Source: Botryllus schlosseri (Eukaryota). Taken from it: DNA of 64,000 nucleotides. The number at the start of each line of letters is the position of its first letter. Within the stretch, counting starts at the first letter, position 1. The stretch is taken from NCBI GenBank assembly GCA_051294905.1, contig CM119372.1, forward strand, positions 15,130,001 through 15,194,000, read 5' to 3'. A model generated the notes under the pieces. That model was not told where the DNA came from. It searched no databases and saw nothing but the letters and a program-made list of their open reading frames with translations. Both the position numbers and the translations under genes were made by a program. Shown here piece after piece: positions 1-14,108 of the stretch.

Positions 1-197
1 AGACATCAATAAAAATATATAGAATAAATAAAATTTAGTAGTAGTTCAGTAGTTTAGTATAGTTGATGGGAACCCATTTTGCGGACCCCACTTAACGGCA
101 CTTCTTTGCTGGTCCCATTTCACTCAAGGCAGCACGTCACTCACTCATGGATCCATGCTATAACAGATATTAACATTATTTTTTTGACACCTTCCAG

Positions 198-3100
198 AAT
201 AAGATTGCTAACGAGATGAAGGATGTGCAGCGGAACCATAGAAATTCATTCAAAAATGGTCATGACCGAATGCTGGTAAGAGGATTATTTAAGTTAAAGT
301 CCATTATTGAAAAAATTGAGCATGTATATCAATCTTGCGGGATTTGACCTTGTCGATTAGAGGCAAACAGGACGAGTTGTCCGTAAATTCCAGTGGCACA
401 AGTTCAGGAAAGAGTATTCGAGTAAGGATTCAATCAATTCACGTATATCTGTTTACCGACCGTGTAGATTTGGGTGCATTCAAAACTAACTAGAAATACT
501 GCATTTGTAAGTGGTGGATGAAGATATCCGCAGAACAACAATGTTGATAACAAATTTGATTTGGTATCATCATGGACTGTTTATAGTTATATCTTTGCAG
601 TCTTCAGCCTGTCTAATGTCACTTTTCATCAATATTGCTGATTCAACTCCATCATTTTGCAGAAACAAAAATCCAAGTTTTCAAATTCGAAACAAAGGCT
701 CCGCTATGAAGTAGATCTGTGCGATAACAATCCTCCGCAAAAGGTAAAATGTTTCGCGTAGAAATGTCATTGAAATATCCGAGGTGTCACTTTGAGTATT
801 TCCATAGAAATTATGGCCCATGGCATCCAAACAACACTCCGTAGAAGTGTAATTGAGCACAACTAGTGGCTGACACACGAGAGCAAGAACATTGATAACG
901 AAAAGAGCCATTTTACCACTTGGGTAAATTTTGAAACATTCTATTTAATGCGAGGATTTGGAGGAACGGAATCTGAAACGAGATAATTCGTTGAGGGCAT
1001 CTGACTCACCTCAAAGTCAGATTGTGAAATCTCGTGTAAGCTCCGTGTAGTGTCATTTCCTATTTCATTAAATTGATTGATTGATAACTATTAGCTTTCT
1101 TCATAGCACATCAATACTCTTCTGCAGATACCTATGTTGTTAATGTATAGAACATACTTTTGTTATCAATTCTGTTTATCTCAGACGATTCAACGAGATG
1201 CGCTACCCAACTCCATATCGTATAGGTTTCTAAAGTCATTGGGGTAGATATCTGTGTACACATAGGGCCATACATGTACCGAGACATACATATACTTTAA
1301 AATGTATTAAATGGAATAGATATATACCTTGCAGAAACGAACGGGGGAGAGAAGATCAAAGCCTAGATCAATCCCGACGGAAGAAACTAGTCAGAGAAAA
1401 GTGAGTTAACTATCAAGTGTATCTGAAAGACTCAAATTATTATATTATTATTTTGCCTCTTTTCAAGACTGGTCGTAAACCCGGTAAAATGATATCTGAA
1501 GATATTGCTTTCACCGAATCTCCATTGGATAACATGAGACAGGAATCCTTGGTATGAATTGAATTCAGCTCATTATGTTTTCAATGTAATGAGCCTGTTG
1601 ATAACAGGCGTTGGGGAAACAACATTTGAAAGTCAGGGACCAAGGTGATCCGAACCAGATGTCGCATCCCACCAACTCTGCTCTGAGATCTCGAGTAAGT
1701 TTACTTTTTGTAATATTGGAAACCCTATTGATTAGTGATGTATCAGACTTTAATGATATTGTATTTGCGATGGTATGTTCGATCAGCAATATTGTCATAC
1801 ACAGTTAAGCTTCCTTCATACTTTAATTCTCACGCCGTGAAAGTGATGTTATCTATATTGTTTAGAAGTCAAAACCAAGAAAGAATGCTAATCCCGAGTT
1901 GATTCTGCACGAGGGCAATGCTTGTCTTCAGGTACCCATTAATTTTGAGTATTGAGGACTTGAGGTGAGCTATGTAATTATTTTGAAGAGGGAAAGAAAA
2001 TGTGGTAAATGGGTGCTAGAGAATGATAACGTCAATCAGTCACCGAGATCTATCACCAGAAAAAAATCTGTGGTATGCATTTGTTACAATAGTTCCTGGA
2101 ACATTTCTAACACATGATTTCTGGTAGCAGGTATTGGTGGTGCATAATGAGGAAGATTTGAGACGCATTCCATGTCGACTTGAACCTATGCCTAAGCAAC
2201 GGGTATGTGACCTATTTTGAATATTTGTGATGTAATAGGCCTATTGGATACACAAGATTTCATTGCAAGTTGATCTACATTTCCGATTCCATACATGCAT
2301 CTTGAAATTTAAGTCAGTGAATTTCCTAATTGTGATTGCATTCAGCTAAGTTTTGAATCAGATATATAGCAGTACAGTTTATTATTAATAATGGTTAAGT
2401 GAATAAGTGTGCTTGATAAATATTTAGGTACAGTTGTTTGTTGTTTTATGTGCGCTTCCGGTAGCCTTCAATATTTTCTTTGCTTGAAAAATTCCACAGA
2501 AGTCAAGATCTGAAAAGAAGCGTCGACCAGCGTCTGAAAAACGCCGTTCGAAGAAGAAAACCCCGCAACAGGTATTTCGACTTTCAAACACTCTGCAAAG
2601 TCTTGACAATGATGCTATCTATTCATTTGCAGGAGATATCGAATTCAGCAGACGTAGCAGGAAGGCAGAATCCGGTGAAGAAATCCCAGTCGGATATTTC
2701 TGCAAGCGTGGCTTTGGTCAGAAAATGCGCAAATTCCATTTGAGCTTCCTTTGTAAATATATTTGATTAACGATTCGTTCAGATTCCAAAAATAGAGCAA
2801 TTGGGGAGCTGCGAGTATACCAGATATCCGTCTCCACCTCGACATAAACCAAATAACGAACCCAGGGTAAGTGAATTTGTGTTATCGATTGCCTCTTTTT
2901 ATATATGCTGATCCAGATGGTTTGCAGCTCCTTTGAGGCTAGCAAGCAAGTACAGCGGGTCTATCCTTTACTGAGTTGCAAATTTCTAAGTAATTGTAAA
3001 TAACTTTACAGAGGAATGTGAAATACAGAACATTGGGTCATGGGGACAACGCTTGTTTGCAACAGGTATCATTTTCCTGATAGATAATTGAATATGGATT

Positions 3101-6100
3101 GATTCTCTATCGTTTTCTTATCAATTTAGAATGGTGGAAGGAACGTTTCGATTGAAGGAATCAAGTATAGGAGTCGATCCGTGTCGAAGGTGATTGTTTA
3201 TTTTCATCCGATTATATGCTCCTGTACTCACACCTTATCACATTTCAGGACGCACACTTGTCTCGCGGTGATCTCCTCAAACAAAGTTCATCGCCACAAC
3301 AGGTATAAACTGTCATGCTTATCACTTGGGTTGGAATCAAATAAAAAAACCTACGATGTGAATATAGGCTGAAAGTATATTTGCATACACCCCTGTTTCT
3401 CTGTGATAAAATGTAACTTTCGAAGCTTATCACACATTTGATAAAGTTGCAAACTATATAACAAATTTGATAGATCATTGTATTTCATAACTCTCTCACT
3501 TCACAGGTTGAACCTATTGCAGTGCGTAGTCTTGGAAGTGACATGCGGGATATGCAAGCAAAAAAGGAGATGAGAAGAGAAAAGACGCGCAAAACAAGCA
3601 AAGCTCCAAAACAGGTTGGATATTGTGTTGTTAAGAATTTATGTTGTTTTGCTGACTTTACTGATCAACTCCTGAATGGTATATAATCAGCAATTCTGCA
3701 GTGCAGAATGATTATTATTCACGCAAAATTTCAAGACACTTTTCAAGCTTATGTTGGCGCTAGGCTGTTCAAAATCGATACACTATTCCTGATCTATTTC
3801 CTTCTTTTCCTCCAGGATCAACATCAAGTTGAAACTGTGGAGCAACTTGAATTGAAAAATGTCTCGCTGAATCCATCTGCTAACTCGCAACAAGATATGC
3901 ATGTAAGCTTTTGTAACTATCTCAAGTTTTTCTTTACAAGTCAATGAAGTGTGTTAATGCTTCCTGTGTCTTTGCATGGTATCAATTGTGGTCGCCTGTA
4001 TTGATTTGTTCATATAATTTTACTTATTGACCGATACGAATATATAGTTATTTGTGAAAGATAGCGCGAACAAATCTTCTAAAAAGATCAAGAAGCGTAG
4101 TAAATTACTCCTACCGGTATAATGACCCCTATTTTCACCAAAAATCCAAAAGTTGCATGATTAATATATTCCAATAGGAATTTTTGCAATTGAGTTTGGA
4201 CACTTTTCAAGCTCTTGTTGCGACTAGTCTGCTGAACAATCAGACATTTTTCCTGATCTAGTCCTTTCTTTTTCTGCAGGATCAAAGTCATGTTGAAATT
4301 GTGAAACAACTTGAACAGAAAGATGTCTCTGGAAAGTCATCTGGTAACGCTCCACAGCATCCGCATGTAAGCTTTTGTAATACTATCAATTTTTTTAGTA
4401 CAGGGTAATAAAATGTGTTATTGAGATTTAGAAAAACCTTTTGTCCGACATATGTATTCGAAGAGTTTTGATTGTACCTGTATTGCCCTTGTTGATTTGT
4501 TCATATGATTTTACTTATAGACTGAGCCGAATATAAAGTTATCTGCGAGAGATAGCTCGGACAGTTCTTCTCCTAAAAAGATAAAGAAGCGTAGGAAATT
4601 ACCGCGGCAGGTACAATGACCCAGATTTTTAGCAACAATCAATGTATACTCATATAACTCCTTACAATTTTGGTTGAAATGTATTCTCAAATAGATTTTA
4701 TTTGCTGGCAGGCGCACTTTCTCTCGGTAGATTGGCCACCATGTTAAATTTTTTGAACTCGCCCGCTTTTTTACCAGCCATGTTACAGTAGCTCGATTGT
4801 TTCATTTCAGGATCTTCAAAATAGTGAAACGTTTGAGAATTCTGGATTGACATACGTCTCACCCAAACCATGTCGGAATGCTCCTCAGGTTTGTATTGTA
4901 ATATTTTCAATGTTGGGCTTATCGGTGAATGATGGCCATTTTTGATTCGATATAGTTCAATGTTTACATCGCAGACTGTGTATTTCAGGCAGAGCCTGAT
5001 CAAAAGTTGGAGGATAAGGCTTGCATCAGCGATTCCTCCACGAAAAAGATCAAGGATTTGCAAGATATTGAAACACTTGAAACCTCAAAGACATCAGAAC
5101 AGGTAGATCACCATTCATTCGTTTTGTGTTTATAAATGGGATATATATTATACATATATTTTCAGGCTGACGAAGGTTTAGGAGGTTCAGATCTTGTTTT
5201 AGAAGAAATCACACAAGAGATGGAAGCAAGCATTGTAAGATATGGCCCGATTATTTTGCACTATAGACCTATCTAGATTTCGTGTTGATAATTTATTCTT
5301 TGCATTTCAGACTGAGCTAAATCGAAAGTCTAACGATAAAGTTTGTGCAAGCGATTCGTCGATAAAAAAGGTCAAAAGCTTGACAAATTTGAAAGCACGT
5401 GACCCCCAGGATACACCGAAAATGGTAGAATTTCCATTCGTTCGTTTTGTTTACTATTGCTATAAGTATATTGTGCATGTGCTTCCAGGTTAACAAAGTG
5501 TTCAAAGATTCCGATCTTATTTGGGAAGAAATTACGCAAGTGATGGAAGTGAACCCTGTAAGATATTGGCTGTCTTTTTGACACTACAGAGCTGTCTAGA
5601 CTTGCTTTATCGCATACTTTATATTTCAGAGTTATGAACTGGGTCAAAAGTCCAAACAAAAAGTTTACATTGACAATCCCCCGATGAAAAAGATCAAGAA
5701 TTTTCCACATTTTGAAACATGTAACATCCAGGAAACGCCGAAACCGGTAGAATGATCATTCTTCATATTATTGTTTGTTTGTTATTATTAAGTATACGTG
5801 GTTTCAGGTTGACATAGTGTTGAAAGATCCCGATCTGATTTTGGAAGATGAATGCAATTCTTGGGTGAGTGAAATTTTGCTTTTAACTTATTCTGTCGCC
5901 AGTTACTACTATTATTTCGAATTGATTGTCGTAAATTTTCATGCCGCTATGTCATATATATTTGAGCCGTTTTATATTTATTAGGATCTGTCCGACGATG
6001 AATGTGAAGATCTGACCAGGCTTCCTGAGTATACTGCAGCAAGAACGAAAAAATTCGAACCAAAGCAGGACAAGGCTGATAAGAAATCCAAGGTTAGCAT

Positions 6101-9100
6101 TTTTACTTGTTGTTTTCACAGGATATTTGCGATATTCTCAGCTAGTCGGCGCTCGAGATTGGTGTGAACTATGCAAATTTGCTAAGATTTGAGGCGTCGG
6201 CTTCTATCAGTATAAATAGAGTATGTGAGGTTTTTATATGAATTTTGTCAACTATGAATACTTCATTTTGGTTTGTCCGACTTGCACTACTTATTCAAAT
6301 GGTTATGATTTCATAATACTTGTGTTTCTACTTGTCAGTTTCCAGTATTTTAGTGAAGACTGGATCTAGAATGTTTACTTTTTATGTAACCCGAAATCTC
6401 TGCCTTTACTTTACAACGTTCGTGCTGGGATCGTGCCTCGAATAATATTCTGAAATACGTCTCGCCGTTACAGGCCGATGTCGATGATGACAGCTTTTCG
6501 GAACTTTTGAAGTCGATCGAAGAAAAGTTGCTGCGGAAAACGCAACCAAAGGTGCAAAACACGGCGGAAAGTAGAGGGGAATCCAAAACCAGAGTTTCGG
6601 TTGATATAGCAAATGTTAACGTTGTGTCCGAAGAAAGATGCGACAAAGGGAATAGCAGCGGAAGCTACTCACCAGAACAGGTACTCATCGCGCAACGATT
6701 TAGTACATTTATAATATTATTATTGTATAATAATATAGTAAATATATATAAAAATATTATAATATATTATGGTTATCAAGGGACACCATTTTTTCTAATT
6801 AAAAAGAAGATTGTGCGTGCAGAAAGAAATTAAGTGCTTGAAAGTTGTGGAAAACGTGAAAACTTGTGTAATCGCAACAGCACTTTTTGGTAACATTTGA
6901 CAACATTTTGTTCGATTTTAAATCGCCTCGAGTCGATGTCTGAATCGGAGCATTTTAGCAAACTCCGACTCCACCCTGTATTGATCGCGGACACATGAGC
7001 ATGTCACACAATAGCATGCGGCACTTGAGCATGTGGTTTAACGCTAGGGGCTTAGGGTTGGGTTGGGGTTATGTTTAGGGGTATTTTGAAAGTATGATTG
7101 GAGTCAGGGTTCGTTCTGGGGTTGGAGTTCGGGTTAATTTTGGTTTATCAAGTCACATGGCAAAGAGTTGCATATTTGACTCCAGCAAGAGAAAATTTAA
7201 GGAAACTTCGACTGCACGTCCCTGGTCGAAACACTGGAATTTTGGATGATAGCAACATAATCTGTCACCCTTTACGATGTCTTGTCTTCTATTCTGTCAC
7301 AATCCGCTCACGGCAATCGATTCCATTCTAGGATGCCTCCGACACGGATCCGTTTGATATTTCTGACATTTTTAAGTCGGATGATGAGCCAAAAACGACA
7401 AAAAACAAAGCTCTCGAAAAACGGGATAACGAGATGGATTCTCAAGATTCCGAAAAACAACCGGAATCCGACGATGAGATACCAAAAGGCGAAGCGACGA
7501 TCCTCGGGATATTGGAGTTTCAAATGAAAATGGTGAGGCTCATATCTTGAAGATTTAGATGGGGGTAGAGATTGACGATATTTTGCAATCTTCTTCTACA
7601 GAAAGAGGCGCGTGGTTTGCAGCTTGAAAAGATGCAGGAGAGGTATAAGGAACTTGTGGTAAGTAAACGAAGGGAATTAGATTTCAAACATTAAAGGTTT
7701 TTACGATGATTCGATCCAAGATCATGTTTAATCGGTCAATACTTATGCTGAAGTTACATGCTATTGTGCCCAAAATTTTCATGAAAATGATACCCGAGAA
7801 TACTCGGAGTTGTATGTGTAGGTCTGCTAATCGCACTTGCCAGGTTTCACTTCATCATTTGTTATTTCTCTTTTTAGGACGAGTATAAAGAAATCGTCAA
7901 CAAGAAGGTGAGTGTTCGATGTGACCTTTGTAAGACTTCTCGCAAACGAGTGTTTCCGTTTTCAGAAACAACCTCGTAAAGAAAGCTTGTGGTCTTGGTC
8001 GTCAGCAATATCCAAGGTGACCTTATTGCTCTTGATATCATCGATACTGATATAGTCAATTCACTGCCTCGGATGCTGATACGTTGAATATTTATCTTTC
8101 ATTCGATGGCGGATCGCTGCGCGATCACGAATACAAATGTTATCCTTGTCCATCAACTTCGGAATAGGCTCCCATCGGCCATTAGCACTCGAATGATTCA
8201 CTGGCTTTTTTATTTCGCACAGCCCAATTGTTGATTTTGGTATGCTGGAAATATTACAAAAAGTTGCAAATCATAGCAGCCTGTCCCACTATTTTAACGG
8301 TTTGGATGTTTATGATTTAATCAGTTTCTTCTCTTTTACAGGATACTACAGACGATGACACTGACGACCAGTTATGTTGGAGTGAGCCTGAACCGGCAAA
8401 ACCGATAACAATACAGGAAATTATCGATGCTAAATCTAATACGGTATGTGAGACGTTGCTGTCATTTATTGCTCGCTTTGTCAAGCAATATTCTTTTTCA
8501 TTTTAGAGAGAAAGGTACGGTCCAGTATTTGAACTTATGGAAACCAATTGCAAGACAATTTATGTGAGTATCATGAAATAATAGTGAGATAATTTGAGAG
8601 GACCGCGGAATAATATCGACTCCAATATATGACACCGAAATTTGATTTGGTGATACTACTGAAACCTACTTGTGTACTCTGAAAAAGTAGAAGTACTTCA
8701 TTACTGACCACGTATGGCGCAATCTGTTCGTGAGATCATTTGCTGTAGTCTTTGATTAACTGTGTTTGTCGATTTGCAGAAGTTTCAAAGCGATTTGTCG
8801 TTGGAAGACGACGCATTAGAAAATACGACGAGCCATAAACCCGCGAAGGAAAATGAGGGAAAATATCAGTCCATGTCTGGAAAGGACTTGAAAAAGGCGC
8901 TGAACAAAGCTCTGAAAAAAATCAATCACACCAAAACAGCCGAATCAATTAAGACGAAAGAGGAAAGTGACTTTGTGAAATATCAGCAAAAATCGGAGAA
9001 GAAAAAGCAAAGACGTCTGAAGAAAATGAACAACGAGGGAAGGAAGGCTGGCTGGCGGAAAGTGGAAGAATTTCTCCGTGCCCAAGACAAGGAAGATAAA

Positions 9101-11457
9101 AAGAAAATGAAAATAGAGCAAGGGATAGAAAAGGAGAAGGCGAAAGAGCAAAAGAAACGGGAGAGAAAAGAGAGAAGGAAGCAAGAAAAAGAGATGAAGA
9201 AGGAGCTCGAAGAAAAGAGAGAGGCCGAGAAAGAACGGCGCGAAAGGAAGGAGAGAATCGAAAAGGCCGCGGCACGGCGGCGTAAAGAGAGAGAGAAGCG
9301 AGAGAAGAAAGAATCGGAAGTTGACGAAGAATCGGAATCCAAGCACGTCGAGATTCATCAATCTTTGTGCAGGATGGAACATAAGCTGATGCGGCAAGAG
9401 AAACGACGAAGCAAAGTGCCGGTGGAGTGGCTCGGCCTTACGGATGGTGAGACTTTTGGACTATAGACCCTGCGTCGATTTTTAGTTATTTTTCCTACTT
9501 ACGATTTTTGTTCCTGCGCAGGCTCCAGATCAAAAAAGAAACTCAGCGGTCATAATAAGAAAGAGTGTTCCAGGCCGCAAGACCCAAACTCATCCCGCAG
9601 GGCTTGGGAATGGAGCAAGGATCCCGGTATGTTTTGATTTGCACCGTCTTTATCGCCAATGTCTAGATCGGCCGGCTCAAAATTTTTCGAGTCACTGCCC
9701 CCTTATTGAGCTCGACATATCTTTATCGCACAAAATCCAGTACTGAAAGCAGTTCATATCTATTTGCAGCAATTAGTCGAGTAGTTTTGTTCGTACACTA
9801 TTTCTACTTCGACAGTTTTGATTTAGAAATGCGAATATTGGCATACTTAATTTTGTGTAGCAAAAAGTAGGGAATCAGACCACCTTCATGAGAGGTTGAA
9901 TCGGCAGATGAGCCCAGGTCCAGGCAGGCTGTATAGCTCAAATGTTTCCCTATACAGAGCACATTTGGATAGGTGAAAACAGACTGAAGCCTATCACTGC
10001 ACCATCGATGTCCTTGAATTGGCTCTTAAAAACTTATTAACGCGTACACTTTCTGTGATACAGTAGTAATTCATAATTAGATTTTTATTACAATTTCGTT
10101 CTAAACCTATGATTTGGTGTTACAGTGCTGCCTTCAAATACCGAAGTTTCTTACACTCCAGTGGAACCTTTGAAGGTGTTTGACCATGGAGAATTTGAAG
10201 AACGATTGATTGCTACCATCAAGACTGGGATTAAACTTGTCATTGCGAAGCAAATGTGCTATAGTAAGTATGAGCCCAGTTTATGAGGATGTTGTTATAA
10301 AATAAGTGTTGGTACTTGCTCATATCTACTTCAAAATAGCACATTATCCTCGAGTACTTCCGTGTTCTATATTGGTCGTCGGTTATTTTTGCATGGTTTT
10401 CGTCATCTGGAATAGTTTATAGTCTGGTGATTCCTCCTGCTCTATACTTACTGTAACTGTGCATCCTTTTGTTACAGGCCAAGGACGGAAATATAAGAAG
10501 TCTTACGCATCGGTAAGATTAAATTCTTTTATGTATTTTGTGATTTCCGACTTGCAGAAACAATTTGCATTCGATTTCAAAACATCAGACAAATCGTAAC
10601 TTATTAAGTGTCGGTAATGATTTTGGACGAAATTATATATAAATTCTCATAACTAGGCTAATATGAATTCCGGGATTGTTGTGATGTATGGATGTAATAT
10701 TGCTATAATTTTGCCTTTCAGAAGCACAGCTCAAGGGACTATTATCACACACGTACGTATATTGTTGTTTTCGTGAGCTATTCATTTTGAAAAACGGAAT
10801 CCGTAGTAATCTCCGTCCCCGGAATTGGTTGACGCAAATTTAACTATTTCAACTTCCCTTACCACAGGTCTGAACATTGACATACCTAGCAATGTTCTGA
10901 AGTGCTCGGAAAGAATGCAGCTTCATGACTTCCTGAAAACTTGCGACAAATGCAAGATGGGCGCACTCAAAGGATGGAGCATGTTATGGGACTATAATGC
11001 GTGGTTTTATCCCAATATACCTGGCAGTACATGTAAGATGATATCGGCGCAGTGGCTTCGAAATTGCCCTGATATTTTTTAATTCTATTTGTTTTATTAC
11101 GAAACGCTGCACACTTTTTTAACCAAATATTTGGAATTTGGAATCAACTAATCGCATGAACAACATATGTTTGAATACCATTACGAATTGTGTAAATTCC
11201 TCGGATTTTGACTGTCCTACGTAACGCTATGTCGTAATCGAAAAATAATAGAATAGAATGTTCTGCAAACGAAATATCGTATTTTAGTGTTGTAATAATT
11301 GTTCCCTTTGTAAAATCTATGTATAATCTCAGGCAAAATCGTTCCTGATATAGACATCAAATCTGCGATAAAGAAAACCAAGTTATCTATTGACGAATAT
11401 GCTGTCGTTACCGCTGCCAAAGTTATGAAAGGGTTGCACGAAGCGACAGTAACATGA
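198..11457 (+). CDS. Multi-exon gene (5' end outside window): long low-complexity Lys/Glu/Ser-rich protein with a charged coiled-coil exon and a C-terminal globular domain of unknown family
   Basis: Many short exons with cag|...|gt(a/g)ag boundaries. The 3' exons chain with consistent phases: 8780-9446 (KE-rich), 9522-9626, 10126-10263, 10478-10512, 10722-10752, 10868-11032, 11333-11457 (…VMKGLHEATVT, TGA 11455-11457). AATAAA near 12035. Upstream exon structure only partly resolved. Confidence 0.8.
3780..5870 (+). repeat. Internal tandem duplications of exon-intron units in the 5' gene
   Basis: Two ~470-bp units (exons 'gatcaacatcaagttgaaactgtg' ~3816 and 'gatcaaagtcatgttgaaattgtg' ~4281, both ending catgtaagcttttgtaa). 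Three ~320-bp two-exon units (acceptors tttcag at ~4989/5311/5630; DL(V/I)L(E/G)E-type exons at ~5167/5489/5808). Confidence 0.7.
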
Positions 11458-12856
11458 CTGTAAGTTTTACGCTGAAATTTCAATACTGAGATAACAATCG
11501 TATACAGAAGTGATCAAGGCAGTCGCTGTTGCTACTCAAGTAGAAGCAAAAGTATTGCAATAAAATTATGCTCAATTATAAATAAGTAGAGGTAGCTATT
11601 CTCAGCACAGCAAAACTACTTAATGTGGCTGAGAAGAAAATGAAAGATTTGACTAGAACCCAATTAAGTAGGATTTAAAGGTAGATTTGGTTGAGGCGTT
11701 GCATACATTAAGAAGTAGTGTGAGTAGGCGTGTGTCGAAATTGAAAGTTGCATCTTAGCGCCTAACTTAATCTGAATTAATTAATTGGAGACACCCAAGG
11801 CAATTTGGCTCATTTCCTACCTCACTATCGTAATCGTGTGGGGTCTTTTGAAATGATAACAATATTTGTAAAACTTACAAACGCTCAAATCAGTTCTATT
11901 CTACCGGCAAATCATTATCGATAACGTTGCTTCAATATCGTACTCTTGTTTTTAGAATCGAAATTCATCTTCTAAGTGCAGCGGACGGCGATACCAATTT
12001 CACCTTATTTCTTTGTATTGCTATTTTGCCAAGTAATAAAATGTATGAAAAAACTTGTTCAGCCCTGACGTAGCCAGAGTAATGAGTGTTACCAGGTGTT
12101 TTTTTGCTTACTATAGGAATTTTTTGCTGCTTGGACATCGCTGGGGTGTAGTGTTCCAGTTGATATATTTTGATGGCATAGGAAGTTATATCTTTTCCGT
12201 GGCATTAACGTTTATCAGATTAGCCGGTACCATTGCTGTTGTAAGTACCTTTACCGCATCCAGAGACTTGATGATTATCGGGATATGGGACTTTTCTAAC
12301 GATTGACGCATCTGTACGGAATAATCTTCTTGATTGGTACACGGATGTCCACGTTTATTCACTATAATCCTTGAAAAGAGCTCTTTAAACCGAAGAGGGG
12401 GGGCCTGGGCGACCGCCCACCACTGCGGGGAAGTAAACATGAGATTCTCTACTACCAAGCTGTTGTTTCTTAAACTCCCATGAATCTTGATATTTCATAC
12501 ATTTACACTGAATTCGGAGTTCACATCGCACTGATTGCAGTCGCCAACTGGAACATACGAGCCATTATTTATTAGGCTACTTAACATGCGTTACCTTTCT
12601 TCGGATTTTGACCCGTACTATACCCAAAACGTCGGCGTGTAGGGTAGGGTTACCATACGTCCTCTTTTAAGAGGATTTGTCCTCTTTTTTGAAAGTGTCC
12701 TTGGAGGACGCCCAAATACCTCTTATGAGATTTTGTCCCCTTTTTTGAGAATTTTGGCTAAGCAAAATATTAATGTCATTTCAAAACACCACAAAACTGC
12801 GATACTATGAAAAGATAGGAAGGTGTCGAAACGACCTGGAGTAGTTTCCGAAATCA

Positions 12857-14108
12857 CAGAGGTGGTTAGTAGAAGAAGGTAGTTAAGGAAGCTACTCAAG
12901 TAGAAGTAGAAGAAGCGACGAAAAAATCTACTCAATTACGAGTAGAAGTACTTCTTAGGTAAGCAACCCAAAACTACTTGAAGTAGAAGTAGAATTGACT
13001 GCAAATATACTCAAGTAAGTAAGTAGTTGTGAAAACGATCGTAATTCGTTCGCATGGACTGTCAAAAGCTGCAAATGGAGCTACGCGGAAGCTGTAGAGA
13101 GCTTGATTCATATTGATGCATCCCAGGAGGTGTAAATTTTTGACAGAAATAAGCAGTCGTCCACATCATGGGATGTAAATGATAGTACTATTATGGAAAT
13201 GCGATACTAATCCTTTGTTTACTCGAATATCCCGTTTTAGAGAATATCGTGGCATGGCGCCCTTCCCCATATAATAAGGTCCCTAGTTCAGTCGAAGAGC
13301 AATACGGAGAAGTTGTGTCGGATACGGCTTTAACACTTTGCGCGATTAGTATACGCAAATTGAAAATATGGTAGATCGTAAAAGTGCCATATAGCGTAGG
13401 CCTAGCTTTATTTTCGGAAAATATAATCATTCTCCAGACAAAAGAACTGAAACTATCATTAGAACTCAGCGTATAATACTCGTAATTGAAAGAAAAATAC
13501 AAATACTACTTCTAAAAAGCGGAAAATATATTTCATGTCTTTTGTCCAGACAGTTTCAACGGTGGTCTGCTAAAACAGGTCTAACGTTATAAAAAGTCAA
13601 AGTCTACTTTTCCAGATTAGGACACGTCATGGGCTGCTAGTTATAATGTGTAATTGCTTGATTGCGAAACGGTAGTTTCAAACGTTATGGGGGCCATGCT
13701 AACTGTGATGAAATATTTTATATAGGCTACAACACGGTGTGAACGGAACCACGCAATTTAAATTATGTTCAGCGATACTTTCGTTAAAACATATATTTGT
13801 CACTCCATATCTAGTATCTACTGTGCGCGAAGCGCAACAAAAATTCCGAATATTTCATTAATTTTACGAAAAATGAACGTTGGTACTACGTTAAAGCAGC
13901 CCCGAAATTCCTTGGGCCATCTTTCTTATGTGGGGATTAAACTACTTCTACTTGAAAAACTGAAAATAGCGAAAAGTAAGTAAGTAGTTCACAAAATATT
14001 ACGAAGTAGAAATAGCGAAAAAAATCTACTTGAATAAGTACCAGAAGTAGATTAAGACTACCTGAGTACTTCGAAAAAGTAGAAGTACTTCGTTACTGAC
14101 CACCTCTG
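12857..14108. mobile_element. hAT-like non-autonomous element with GAAGTA-rich subterminal repeats
   Basis: Ends cagaggtggttagta … ttactgaccacctctg; related fragments at ~8660-8715, ~14270-14325 and ~19410-19460. No clear TSD. Confidence 0.55.

Noticed and set aside
7040..7140. TTAGGG-like tract as an interstitial telomere
   Set aside because: Short and highly degenerate; more likely part of a dispersed repeat.
8945..9397. Phe/Leu/Ser-rich antisense ORFs (also 18718-19202)
   Set aside because: Shadows of the purine-rich KE-coding strand.
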